Sequence record: LC819005.1
Length of the DNA: 64,000 nt
Direction: 5' to 3' (one strand)
The position numbers and the translations under genes are program-made. Below the pieces are notes generated by a model that worked only from the letters and a program-made list of their open reading frames with translations, made no database searches and was not told where the DNA came from. Of this stretch, positions 26,801 to 35,727 are shown in pieces (the stretch's first letter is position 1; the number at the start of each line of letters is the position of its first letter).

Positions 26801-27940
26801 CTGGAACGAACCCAGCACTTTCAGGCCGATACCATCCGAGCCGTGAAGCGAATCCATCCAGTCTTGTTCCGTGCCGCTGAAGCCCGCGAGCAGCGCGAGT
26901 TCATAGGCCGACTTACCTTCGGGCCCTTGCAGGTTACCGAGGTCCGTCCACACACCACCCGAGAGCGCCCAGAATTCCGGTCCGATCAGGTAGCAGTCAC
27001 CTTCTTGCGATTCGCCAACCGGCGGGAGCGACGCTTGGTCACCCACTGCGCCGAGCAGACGTGCGCCATTGCCCATCGGGCCTTGCGGGCCTGCAGCACC
27101 ATCAGCGCCGTCATCGCCCTTCGGACCCTTGAGTGAGGCCAGGTACTCGGCTTGCGTACCCACGAAACCGCCAGCGACGGCCAGTTCGTAGGCGGACTTG
27201 CCGTCCGTACCATTCGTACCGTTCGTGCCATCAGCGCCCTTCGCGCCGGTGTCACCCTTGACACCCTGGTTGCCTTGCAGGCCTTGAATACCTTGAATGC
27301 CCTGATCGCCCTTCACGCCTTTCAGCGAGGCAACCCAGGCAGATTCAGAGCCGACAAAACCACCAGCGACAGCCGACTCATACGCCGACTTACCAATAGC
27401 GCCGTCAGCGCCGTTGGTGCCGTTCGTACCGTCATGACCGTCCGCACCCTTCAGGCTAGCCAACCACTGCGCTTGCGTTCCGACAAAGCCGCCCAGTACA
27501 GCGAGTTCATAAGCGCTCTTACCCGCTGCGCCATCCGAACCGCTCGTACCGGTATCGCCCTTGTCACCTTTGTCACCTTTAAGACCTTGGATACCTTGGA
27601 TACCCTGGTCTCCCTTGGCGCCGACAAGGCTGGCAAGCCACTGGGCTTGCGTGCCGCCATAACCACCGGCTTGCGCCAGTTCGAAAGCGGATTTGCCATT
27701 CGTACCATCGGCACCTTTGGCACCGACCAGCGACGCAAGCCATTGAGCCTGCGTGCCGCTATAGCCGCCGTCAACGGCGACCTGGTAAGCGGATTTACCC
27801 GCCACCATCAACTGCGCCAGGGTGAACTTAACGTTCTTGCCACCCTGGATGGCCTCGACCACTTCCGCACCAGTGATGGCTGCTGCGTCAGGGAGGTCAG
27901 AGATCCGGTAATACAGTGCGGGATCGAGTGTATCACTCAT
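23873..27940 (-). CDS. Long collagen-like tail fibre protein (fibre A, 1355 aa)
   Basis: Gly-X-Y runs, GKSAYxxA...WLASL linkers, ~45-aa knob modules, 25-aa APND repeats and a C-terminal tip domain. Confidence 0.9.
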   Translation of the reverse strand: MSDTLDPALYYRISDLPDAAAITGAEVVEAIQGGKNVKFTLAQLMVAGKSAYQVAVDGGYSGTQAQWLASLVGAKGADGTNGKSAFELAQAGGYGGTQAQWLASLVGAKGDQGIQGIQGLKGDKGDKGDTGTSGSDGAAGKSAYELAVLGGFVGTQAQWLASLKGADGHDGTNGTNGADGAIGKSAYESAVAGGFVGSESAWVASLKGVKGDQGIQGIQGLQGNQGVKGDTGAKGADGTNGTNGTDGKSAYELAVAGGFVGTQAEYLASLKGPKGDDGADGAAGPQGPMGNGARLLGAVGDQASLPPVGESQEGDCYLIGPEFWALSGGVWTDLGNLQGPEGKSAYELALLAGFSGTEQDWMDSLHGSDGIGLKVLGSFQTVGDLPPGPEGNTAGDAFIIDAVMWVWDGTSWVPVGQVGPDGKSAYQLAKDAGLIPGTMTLSQWITSLNGKTAYQVAQANGFVGTQAAWLQSLVGKTAYQLALDSGFVGSQSAWLATLVGPQGPKGDKGDQGNVGPMGPGVKILGTVANSAALPGSSGTAGDMYIALDTLHGWAWTGSAFIDVGPVQGPQGLQGVQGIQGVKGDTGDKGANGDSAYTAAVAGGFVGTQAQWLASLQGVAGDSAYQTAVDNGFVGTQTQWLASLKGAKGDTGLTGPTGRGLVITGTVADQASLPATPPDQTAYIAGTHLFLFSSNAWQDLGPFIGPKGDQGIQGIQGVKGDKGDKGDKGDQGIQGIQGIQGVQGVKGDLGPGIKILGTFADSSQLPAHTTEAIGDGYLIQGHFWGWTGAAFEDLGMIQGPKGDQGLQGIQGVKGDKGDKGDTGNTGLQGIQGIQGVKGDKGDKGDTGANVKVLGTKPDTGSLPATGNTAGDAWTVAGHLWSWNGTVWVDAGQWKGDQGDQGLQGLQGDQGLQGIQGIQGLKGDKGDKGDQGDTGAMGPGVKILGTVATSSALPGSATNAGDMYIASDTLHGWAWTGTAFIDVGLIQGPKGDRGLQGLQGLQGVQGIQGLKGDRGDQGTRWIVLGRDPNPADGVVGDYFLNSSTLRFFQKTTTVAWSWLGFLGGGNVYDANLDDTMYVRENGAWVPLPAPVVGEAPLDHGVYIRKDGAWVQQAQAPNDAKAYVQKGGNWTDLATLATALAPNDSKAYVQKGGAWVDAATVTQTPAPNDTKAYVQKTGAWVDLSTLTDSKAPNDTKAYVQKGGNWTDLSTLTTVAAPNDTKAYVQKGGNWTDLATLATPLAPNDSAYYVAYNNGTTIGLKRLDRYDLPIAAATATLDLAVNQAFTVSAATAKTLAFANAPGANRAMTVVVCVTGNAAAITWPTISWSGGTAPTLGATYTNVILLWDGTKWTGSVGATA
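24200..24660 (-). repeat. Coding tandem repeats of ~75 bp (APNDxKAYVQKGGxWxDL)
   Basis: Five near-complete 25-aa units plus degenerate flanking copies in fibre A. Confidence 0.9.
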
Positions 27941-27963
27941 CTCTTTTATCCTTTTGTGTTAAA

Positions 27964-28512
27964 TCAGGAAACCGGCTTTTCGAGCACGCGAATGCGACGC
28001 TTTTCATCAGTCGGGATGTTACCGTCGACATTCCGAGCGGACGGCTGCTTGGAGTTTGGTGCGTAGGGGAAAAAGTAATCCCCCGGCAACCACGCGAGAG
28101 ACGTGGAAGTAATCGTCAACGTAAGTCCATTGACCGGAATGCTGTCAATAGCGGCATCCACGACTTCGTCCGCCACGAGATCCAAGCCGAGCCCCGCATT
28201 GATCTGCGGCAGGATGGCATGAATGGTCGTGGGGAAGCTCATGGGATCGAAGGGGACCAACTCCCCTTCCGGTAGTCGGCTGAGCGCATCCATGCTCAAC
28301 CGCTTGTAGTTCACATCCTTCGGCGGGTCACGACGAGTCGTAGTGTAGGCCGTGGCAGGAACCGTTGTCGAACCAGCAACTGGATCGGGACCCGCAGACG
28401 GGGTCCCGAAGTCGAAGTTGACAGCACTCGGCAACACCGGCGTCTGGGCTTTACGGATCAGTTGTGACAGGCGCACCTGGCTCGTGCCCTGATAAGGCTT
28501 GATACGAGACAT
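27964..28512 (-). CDS. Putative virion structural / baseplate-associated protein
   Basis: Start reassigned to MSRIKPYQG; YKRLSMDAL...ILPQINAGLGL...SLAWLPG; in the tail module. Confidence 0.65.
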   Translation of the reverse strand: MSRIKPYQGTSQVRLSQLIRKAQTPVLPSAVNFDFGTPSAGPDPVAGSTTVPATAYTTTRRDPPKDVNYKRLSMDALSRLPEGELVPFDPMSFPTTIHAILPQINAGLGLDLVADEVVDAAIDSIPVNGLTLTITSTSLAWLPGDYFFPYAPNSKQPSARNVDGNIPTDEKRRIRVLEKPVS

Positions 28513-28633
28513 ATTTGACCTTGTCGGCTTGGTGGAAAAAACAAAACGACTCGTTTGGCAAACGAGTCGCCAATTAAGTCTATAAAATTGCGGCAAAAAA
28601 ATACAGGACCAGGTTACCCCAGTCCTGTATCGG

Positions 28634-29047
28634 TTACGGCTTCTCGATCTCGGTGACCGGCGCACTCAGAATCGCGGTAACACGATCTTCAGTGAGCAGG
28701 TTTTCGGAGACAAAGAACTCCAGGCCTGCTTTGACATCCGGATCTTCCAGGTCGATGAACTTCGCCAGCGTCAGACGATCGTAGATCGCCCGCGCCATTG
28801 AGTTCGTCTGTACAGCACCCAGAATGGTAGCGTGCTCTTGCAACGTGAAGCGACGCACCAGCGCCAGGGTCGAGACCTGACGAGAAAGTGTGCCCTGCAT
28901 CCCACTGATTTCAGCAGTCGCCCAAGCCTGAGCGGTTTCTGCATCAGCCCACGGTTCTTGCGTGTTGGGGTCAAGCGGTTGATCGCGCATCACAACACCA
29001 TCCCTGAGAATGGTGAGCGTGCCGTCTTTAAATTCAAAGGTGTACAT
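28634..29047 (-). CDS. Putative fibre chaperone / tail-associated small protein
   Basis: QPLDPNTQEPWAD...ALVRRFTLQE...FIDLEDPDV...LLTEDRVTAIL resembles fibre-associated small phage proteins. Confidence 0.65.
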   Translation of the reverse strand: MYTFEFKDGTLTILRDGVVMRDQPLDPNTQEPWADAETAQAWATAEISGMQGTLSRQVSTLALVRRFTLQEHATILGAVQTNSMARAIYDRLTLAKFIDLEDPDVKAGLEFFVSENLLTEDRVTAILSAPVTEIEKP

Positions 29048-29059
29048 GCTGCTCTCTGG

Positions 29060-29590
29060 TTAGCGCCATCTGAATGACGGCGGAACGACGGTGCCGCCAC
29101 CGCCTCCTGTGAACGACCCCATCTGGGCGTACGAAACTGCAGTCTTCCGGTCGTGCTGGCCGTCCTTACGCAAACCAGTAGCATGGGCTTTGGCCTTAGC
29201 CGTGGTCACGAAAGGACGCGAGGTAGCCGATACGGGCGGATTGGGATTAGCAAAGGACCGAGCAGACTTGTGGTCGTGCGGCCGGCCCTTCAGCTGCATC
29301 GCGTGAGACTTAGCGATCCGCTTAGTCGTGTAGCTGCGCTGGTTAGCCGTTGCTTTGGCTCGACCAAACACACTGACCTTCGCTTTTGCTGTAGCCCGCA
29401 CCGGAGGTGCTTTCACAGCCCCCGGATTGAAGGTTGCGACCCGCTTGAAAAAAGCAGGCGCAATCTTTGGCACGATCATCGAAGCATTGGTAAAGCCACT
29501 CGCGTAGCTTTTGCCGCGCTTCTTGACAGGGTCCGATTTCGTCGCGCCCGGATTAAACGAGGCGGTTACCGAAACTCGGATTCCGTTCAT
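29060..29590 (-). CDS. Highly basic Lys/Arg/Ala-rich hypothetical protein
   Basis: 176 aa; ATGA-coupled to the upstream gene; very few acidic residues. Confidence 0.6.
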   Translation of the reverse strand: MNGIRVSVTASFNPGATKSDPVKKRGKSYASGFTNASMIVPKIAPAFFKRVATFNPGAVKAPPVRATAKAKVSVFGRAKATANQRSYTTKRIAKSHAMQLKGRPHDHKSARSFANPNPPVSATSRPFVTTAKAKAHATGLRKDGQHDRKTAVSYAQMGSFTGGGGGTVVPPSFRWR

Positions 29591-31272
29591 GTCCAGGCAT
29601 CCACCGAGAGATCACCAGGACCCGTGATCGTGAACGGCACCAGCGTCGGACCGGCAGTCGTCGTCTGGATCTGCGAGGACGAGAGCGTCATATTCGCTGT
29701 CGGCGAGAGGTTCACTGTGGCCGCGATAAACGCACCGTTGATGTCCTTCACCGCTACCGACAGGTTGCCCTGTACCGGACCACCCGTGAAGTTGTAGTTG
29801 TTGCTGTCGAACGACACGGAGATCGTGTTGACCTGACCCGGCGGCGAGTAGAAGTTCAACCCCAGCTCACAGAAGACCGTGGGCTTGGCTGAGTCCGGTG
29901 TGATGTACCAGAAGCGCCCGGTGCTGTCGAACCCGTACGGCTCCGCTTCCCACCACTGGCTTGCGTTGTTGCGTTGCACGTAGACGCTGTCGACCTTCGA
30001 CAACACGCCTGCTGCACCCATCGACCAGAATTCGTAACGATCGTCGTAGACCATCACGAAACGCATGTTCGAATCGTCCGAACCCAGGAATGAACGCGGA
30101 CCCGGCGCCAGCTGATACGTGCCGAGATACTGGGCCGTGTTCTTGTCGCTGAGTTTGTAGACGTACATCGTCGCGGTCGCACCGTTCGGCACGTTGCCGT
30201 AGGGCTCCAGACCAAACACCAACAGGTACTTGTTGCCGTCCGTGTGACTGACGAGCACGATACGTGCAGCCGTCGGCGTACCGGTCGTGCCTTGTAGCGT
30301 CATCGGGTTCTGGTCCAGCGTCACCAGGTTGTTGCTGACCGTCGGTGTACCGTTCACCCCGCTGATCTGCACCCGGTGGATTTCCATGGTCCCGGACGTA
30401 CGCCACAGCACGTAGCTGGACAACTCGTTGACGTCGCTGGCGTAAGCATACGACGGGGCTGAGTTAGCGTAGCCAAGACCAATCGCTCCAACCGCACCCG
30501 CGCCTGCCGGCACAGCCATACCCGCATTGATCGTCGTGAGCGCCAGCGTCGATTTCAACACAGCGTGGACTGCGATCTGCGTTGCCTGCTGAGACGAACT
30601 GGCATTGATACCCAGGAAGTACCAGCGCAGGTTCTCATCATTGATCCGGTAGTGATACTGGATTGCGGTGCCAATCGGCGTGTGGCTACCGATCACTAAG
30701 CCGGTGGTGCCCGCTGTGACTGAACCGGCCGGATAGGATTCGAGTGCAGAGCAGCCGCCGTTGGCATTGCTATAACGCAACATGCCAATCCAGCCACCTG
30801 GCCCGGGTGGCAGCCAGGCAGTCAGTTCGTTACCGCCGTTGATGCCAGTGACAAACGCGTTTTCTGAATTGGTAATCACACCTGTTTCGGTATCCGCGTC
30901 GATCACGAGGTTATCCGAGCTAGCAGCCAGCATCTGACGAAAGCGCGTCGAGTCGAGCCACAGACCCGATGTTGTCACGCCCGCCCAGTTACCGCATAGC
31001 GCGACATCCATGTCATCCAGCTGGGTGTGAGGCGTGCCAGCATTAAGGTTGGCGTTGCGAGTCTGGGGCTGATAGCCGCGTTTCAGACGCATCGACCAGA
31101 CGGAGGTCCCGCCATTCGCACGGTAGTAGTTGTTAGCCGGAATCGCGGTCTTACCCACCAGCTCACTCAAGTCGCTGGTCCGGTAGACGTGGCCGTTGAT
31201 GTGGAGCTTGTCGTTAAACTCCTGGATGAGCTTACCTGGCGCCATCCCTTTGTAATTGATAAGTCTTGGCAT
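29587..31272 (-). CDS. Putative tail-tip protein, beta-rich
   Basis: 561 aa immediately downstream of fibre B; beta-propeller-like composition (inference). Confidence 0.65.
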   Translation of the reverse strand: MPRLINYKGMAPGKLIQEFNDKLHINGHVYRTSDLSELVGKTAIPANNYYRANGGTSVWSMRLKRGYQPQTRNANLNAGTPHTQLDDMDVALCGNWAGVTTSGLWLDSTRFRQMLAASSDNLVIDADTETGVITNSENAFVTGINGGNELTAWLPPGPGGWIGMLRYSNANGGCSALESYPAGSVTAGTTGLVIGSHTPIGTAIQYHYRINDENLRWYFLGINASSSQQATQIAVHAVLKSTLALTTINAGMAVPAGAGAVGAIGLGYANSAPSYAYASDVNELSSYVLWRTSGTMEIHRVQISGVNGTPTVSNNLVTLDQNPMTLQGTTGTPTAARIVLVSHTDGNKYLLVFGLEPYGNVPNGATATMYVYKLSDKNTAQYLGTYQLAPGPRSFLGSDDSNMRFVMVYDDRYEFWSMGAAGVLSKVDSVYVQRNNASQWWEAEPYGFDSTGRFWYITPDSAKPTVFCELGLNFYSPPGQVNTISVSFDSNNYNFTGGPVQGNLSVAVKDINGAFIAATVNLSPTANMTLSSSQIQTTTAGPTLVPFTITGPGDLSVDAWT

Positions 31273-31368
31273 TGCAAAATTCTCTCTTGATGAAACGAGG
31301 CGCTCGTTGGAGAGACGAGCGTTTGAGGGGAAAGAGGTCCAGCCATAGGATGACGGGACCCCTCATGA

Positions 31369-34227
31369 TCACTTGTAGTCGAACGTCAGCACCAGATCGT
31401 TACCACCTGTTCCTACAATCTGCAGGGAAATTGCGTAGCCTGGTTGCAACGAATTCGACAACTGGATGTAGTCGTTTGAGCTACCGGATGAAATCGGCAG
31501 CGAGACGGTTTCACTGAAGCCATCGCCGTGGCTGATGAAAATATTCAGAATCAGGTCCACCGGACTCGGCGTACCCAGCTGAATCCGGATACCCGTGAGC
31601 ATCGAAGCATCGGCAGGCGGATACCAGGGCACCGCAGTCGTCAACGGCGAGATCTTGCCATCGAAGGCAGCCATTTTCTGGCGAGTCGCTGTCGGGATTT
31701 CTACCAGCAACCATTCCCCATTCTTGCGAACGTAGGTGCCGTTATCCTTCGGGGCTTCCAAGACGTCAATCGGCACCCACTCGCCATCGAGCCGGGCCTT
31801 GGGAATGCCGTCCGGGTTGGCATCGTAGACGTTACCTCCGCCCAGATACCCCACCCAGCTCCACGTCACGTTACTGGTCTTTTGAAAGAACCGCAACGTG
31901 TCAGAGTTCAGGTAGTAGTCGCCAGGCAATCCGTCGACTGCATTGGGGTCACGACTCAACACGATCCAGCGGTTACCGGTATCGCCTTTGACCCCTTGAA
32001 TCCCCTGCACCCCCTGGATGCCTTGAATCCCCTGGATACCTTGTGCGCCACGATCACCCTTTGCCCCTTGGATTGGGCCCACGTCAGTGAAGCCCGCACC
32101 GGTCCAAGCCCAACCATGCAAGGTGTCCTGAGCAATGTACATATCGCCCAGATTCGTAGCGCTACTCGGCAAGTCACCGCTGGTCATCACCGTGCCAAGA
32201 ATCTTGACTCCCGGCCCCATCGGACCCGTGTCGCCAGTATCCCCTTTCGCACCTTTGTCCCCAGCGTTGCCTTGAGGGCCGAGATCCCCCTTGTCTCCTT
32301 TATCTCCCTTATCCCCTTTGATACCTTGGGCGCCTTGCAAGCCTTGAATGCCTTGCACACCCTGCGCGCCCTGCAGACCCTGAATCCCTTTGTCCCCTTT
32401 CTCGCCCTGGTCACCTTTCGGGCCACGGACGTCACCGGCGTCAACAAAGAACGTGCCGTTCCAGCTCCAGAGGTGGCCGTTGATCAGATAGCTGTCGCCT
32501 TTGTTGGCAGCGCTACTGGGCAACTGACTCGGATCAGTGAAGGAACCCAGGACAACAAAGCCAGGACCGATGGGGCCTTCGGGACCGATATCGCCTTGGT
32601 CACCTTTTACCCCTTGTTCGCCCTGATCTCCTTTGTCGCCTTTGTCTCCTTTAACACCCTGAATCCCTTGCTCACCTTGTTCACCCTGTTCGCCTTGAGG
32701 ACCACGAACCGGACCAGCATTGGTCCAGCCTGTAGGGGTGTTGATGTAGAGATCTGTGCCGATGACATAGGCATCGTCGATTGCTGCGTCAGTCGGCAGG
32801 GAAGCGGTGTCCGGGACTGTGCCGAGAATCGCAAGACCGCGACCCATAGCGCCCTCAGGACCGGCTGGGCCTGACGGACCAATGTCACCCTTGTCGCCTT
32901 TGAGTGAAGCCAGCCACGAGGCCATATCGCCGACGTAGCCTGCGTCTACAGCCAACTGGTAAGCGGATTCTCCGTTCTTACCATTCAGTGTTGCCAACCA
33001 CTGAGTCTGTGTACCAGCAAAGCCTGCGGCAACAGCGAGTTGATAGGCGGAGTCACCCTTCGCTCCCGTATCGCCCTTATCACCTTTGACCCCTGCCGTG
33101 CCGTCAGCACCAGTGTCACCCTTAGGACCGCGAATGACTCCGAGGTCTTCAAAGGCTTCGCCTGTCCAGCCCCAGAAATGATCGTCGATCAAGTAACCGT
33201 CACCGATCGCATCCGCTGTTTCAGGCAACGCACTGGAATCATCCAACTTACCCAGGATCTTGATCCCTGGCCCCAGATCACCCTGATCGCCTTTCTCACC
33301 CTTAGGTCCTTGGTCACCCTTGAGTCCAGTGAGTGAAGTCAACCACTGAGCTTGCGTGCCTTGGAAACCATTGGCCACTGCGACATCAAAGGCGCTCTTA
33401 CCCGAGATCGAGGCCAGCCACGAGAGCTGGTCCCCCGAGAAGCCGTTGGCCTGCGCAACTTGATACGCCGACTTCCCGTTCAATGAAGTAATCCACTGGG
33501 ACAGGGTCATCGACGAGGAAATCAATCCAGCGTCTTTGGCCAACTGGTAAGCCGACTTACCCGGAGCACCGACCTGACCCACTGGAGACCACTGGTTGGT
33601 GTCCCAGACCCACATGGTCGAGTCGATGATATACGCATCACCCGACTTGTTATCGAAGTTGGGCAAATCCCCAATAGCGTGGAACGAACCCAGCACTTTA
33701 AGACCAATGCCGTCTGAGCCGCGCAGCGACGCCAACCAGTCTTCTTCGTTACCCTGAAAGCCTGCTACCACCGCCAGCGAGTAGGCACTCTGGCCATCCG
33801 GCCCCTGCAGGTTACCCAGGTCGCGCCACTCTCCCGCAATCATCGCGTAGAAGTGGGAGTTGACCAGATAACAGTCACCTTCATCAGTTTCCGTGGGATC
33901 AGGCAGATCAGCCACAGCCTGCACTGCACCCAAGAGTCGAGCACCGTTACCCATGGGTCCCTGCGAGCCAGTGTCGCCCTTGGTGCCCTTCTCACCAGCC
34001 GGACCATGCAGACTGGTCAGCCACGCTTCGAGATCTCCCTCGAACCCGTTCTCTACCGCCAAGTCGTAGGCGTTCTTCCCCAGGACCTTCAGCTGAGCTA
34101 AAGTGAACTTGACGTTCTTCCCGTTTTGAATTGCTTCGACGACTTCTGTGCCATCGACGGTTGAGGCATCGGGTAGATCGGAGATCCGGTAATACAACTC
34201 TGAATTGACAGATGGATCATCGCTCAT
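31369..34227 (-). CDS. Second collagen-like tail fibre (fibre B, 952 aa)
   Basis: Start MSDDPSVNSELYYRISDLPDA; N-terminus, linkers and knobs paralogous to fibre A; different C-terminal domain. Confidence 0.9.
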   Translation of the reverse strand: MSDDPSVNSELYYRISDLPDASTVDGTEVVEAIQNGKNVKFTLAQLKVLGKNAYDLAVENGFEGDLEAWLTSLHGPAGEKGTKGDTGSQGPMGNGARLLGAVQAVADLPDPTETDEGDCYLVNSHFYAMIAGEWRDLGNLQGPDGQSAYSLAVVAGFQGNEEDWLASLRGSDGIGLKVLGSFHAIGDLPNFDNKSGDAYIIDSTMWVWDTNQWSPVGQVGAPGKSAYQLAKDAGLISSSMTLSQWITSLNGKSAYQVAQANGFSGDQLSWLASISGKSAFDVAVANGFQGTQAQWLTSLTGLKGDQGPKGEKGDQGDLGPGIKILGKLDDSSALPETADAIGDGYLIDDHFWGWTGEAFEDLGVIRGPKGDTGADGTAGVKGDKGDTGAKGDSAYQLAVAAGFAGTQTQWLATLNGKNGESAYQLAVDAGYVGDMASWLASLKGDKGDIGPSGPAGPEGAMGRGLAILGTVPDTASLPTDAAIDDAYVIGTDLYINTPTGWTNAGPVRGPQGEQGEQGEQGIQGVKGDKGDKGDQGEQGVKGDQGDIGPEGPIGPGFVVLGSFTDPSQLPSSAANKGDSYLINGHLWSWNGTFFVDAGDVRGPKGDQGEKGDKGIQGLQGAQGVQGIQGLQGAQGIKGDKGDKGDKGDLGPQGNAGDKGAKGDTGDTGPMGPGVKILGTVMTSGDLPSSATNLGDMYIAQDTLHGWAWTGAGFTDVGPIQGAKGDRGAQGIQGIQGIQGVQGIQGVKGDTGNRWIVLSRDPNAVDGLPGDYYLNSDTLRFFQKTSNVTWSWVGYLGGGNVYDANPDGIPKARLDGEWVPIDVLEAPKDNGTYVRKNGEWLLVEIPTATRQKMAAFDGKISPLTTAVPWYPPADASMLTGIRIQLGTPSPVDLILNIFISHGDGFSETVSLPISSGSSNDYIQLSNSLQPGYAISLQIVGTGGNDLVLTFDYK

Positions 34228-34311
34228 CTTTCTCACCCTGAAAAATAAATAGAAAAAGGTAGACCCTACCTTTTTATCCATAGAATTTGAGTTAAAAAAT
34301 ACAGGGTAAGT

Positions 34312-34352
34312 GACGGCATAAAGGCCCGGGTTTCCCCGGGCCCGTATGACGC
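34312..34352. terminator. Symmetric hairpin + TATG element after nrdB
   Basis: GGCCCGGG/CCCGGGCC stem with TTTATGCCGTC on - and TATGACG on +. Confidence 0.75.
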
Positions 34353-34361
34353 TAGGCTGGT

Positions 34362-35588
34362 TTAGAAGCCGAGGTCGATGTCCGCGCCGATCACTTCCTT
34401 CGACACGTTCTCGGTGGAGACGACGTTGACCAGGTACTGGTTGTTGTCCTGCTCTTGCGGCGACTTCTGGTTCTCGTTGATGTCGATCCAGTCACGCATG
34501 TAGTTCAGCGGGAGTTGGGACGGCATCGTGACACCCAGCTGCGTTTCGACTTCGTGCAGGATACCGAACGAGATACAGACTGCGCGGCCATTGAACAACG
34601 TCCAGTCCTTGAGCTTCGCCACCGTGACGCCCGGCAGCTCATCGCCGTCGGAGTGCAGGTAATCCACCCAGTTCATTTCACCCGTGAGCACCTCGCACAC
34701 CGCAGCGATTAGGATCGGACGGATTACTGCGAATGCAGCGCGACCCCACGGTGTCGCCATCAGGTGCTTGAACACCGCTTCGCCGAACGGCACGTGGTTG
34801 GTGTACTCGTCACGGCAGATGGACTGCACCGCTGCACCGATCGGCTCGAACAGGCTCATCTCGCAGATCGCGAACGTCACGGCGAACGAGGCCATGAACT
34901 GGATACGTTCCAGCATGTACACTGCAGCGATCAACAGCACGACCGCTTGTTCGATCTCTGGCGTACGGACACCCGTGGTCTGCCATTCCAGCGAAGCGAG
35001 ACGGGCACGCTCCATGATCCGGCCAACGGCTGCCATGCGACCGTGTGCTTCACGCACAGCCAGGATTTCGTTCAGAATCACCGACGGATCGTCGAACGAG
35101 CCGCGCACGATTTCCGAGTAGGTCATCGCGTGCAGGTTTTCGTTGTCGATGATACGACCATAGCCGACGCGGGACTCCGTTGCCGTACAGAGCGGAATCA
35201 ATACGTCTGCCAAGCCACGAGCAGCCGTGCTGTCGCCTTCCCACTGCCAGGCGAGGGTACGGATCATCATCCGGTAGATCGACGGGCTACAGGTCTTGAA
35301 TTGCGCCACACACAGCGAGTAGTCGAACTCGTTGTGCTTCCAGTCACTCGCCTTCAGCTCTTCGAAGAGCGAGAAGAGATCCGGATAGGCCATGTGGATC
35401 GTATCGAGCAGGCCGCCCGGCTGGCCCAGGAACAGTTCGGGCTTCTGGTAGTCGTTCTTGTTGACGTTGAAGATGCGCGTGGAAAGCTGTTCACCGCGCT
35501 GCGCTAGCGTCAGGTCGACGTACCCGGCGCGTTCGAGCGCTTCACGACCCGCATTGGTGATCACGATGTTGTTTGCGTTTTCGGACAT
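34362..35588 (-). CDS. nrdB: Ribonucleotide reductase class Ia beta subunit
   Basis: Di-iron ligands and radical Tyr: WEGDS, NENLHAMTY, MLERIQF, RDEYTNH; start reassigned to MSENANN. Confidence 0.92.
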   Translation of the reverse strand: MSENANNIVITNAGREALERAGYVDLTLAQRGEQLSTRIFNVNKNDYQKPELFLGQPGGLLDTIHMAYPDLFSLFEELKASDWKHNEFDYSLCVAQFKTCSPSIYRMMIRTLAWQWEGDSTAARGLADVLIPLCTATESRVGYGRIIDNENLHAMTYSEIVRGSFDDPSVILNEILAVREAHGRMAAVGRIMERARLASLEWQTTGVRTPEIEQAVVLLIAAVYMLERIQFMASFAVTFAICEMSLFEPIGAAVQSICRDEYTNHVPFGEAVFKHLMATPWGRAAFAVIRPILIAAVCEVLTGEMNWVDYLHSDGDELPGVTVAKLKDWTLFNGRAVCISFGILHEVETQLGVTMPSQLPLNYMRDWIDINENQKSPQEQDNNQYLVNVVSTENVSKEVIGADIDLGF

Positions 35589-35727
35589 GTTCTTACTGAG
35601 AGATGGGAGGTGAATGAGGTCTGCTTCATGCGATACTGAAGACCAGTATTTTCTCATCCAAGAAATTCGAGGGCATAAACAAGGAAGAGGCGAACCCCTC
35701 CCTTGTCTAGTGCTTACTGCTTACCGC

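Noticed and set aside
23120-27136. 1338-aa plus-strand ORF (also 27152..28066 and 31528..32874)
   Set aside because: These are antisense shadows of the collagen-repeat fibre genes; repetitive Gly-X-Y codons suppress stops on the opposite strand, and there is no RBS or domain signal.
24200-27700. Regularly spaced repeats resembling a CRISPR array
   Set aside because: Repeats are in-frame coding units that vary at third codon positions, with no unique spacers and no cas genes.
34780-34830. Non-standard DExxxH spacing (RDEYTNH) in NrdB as a sign of inactivity
   Set aside because: The other metal ligands and the radical Tyr are present; a one-residue shift alone is weak evidence of loss of function.
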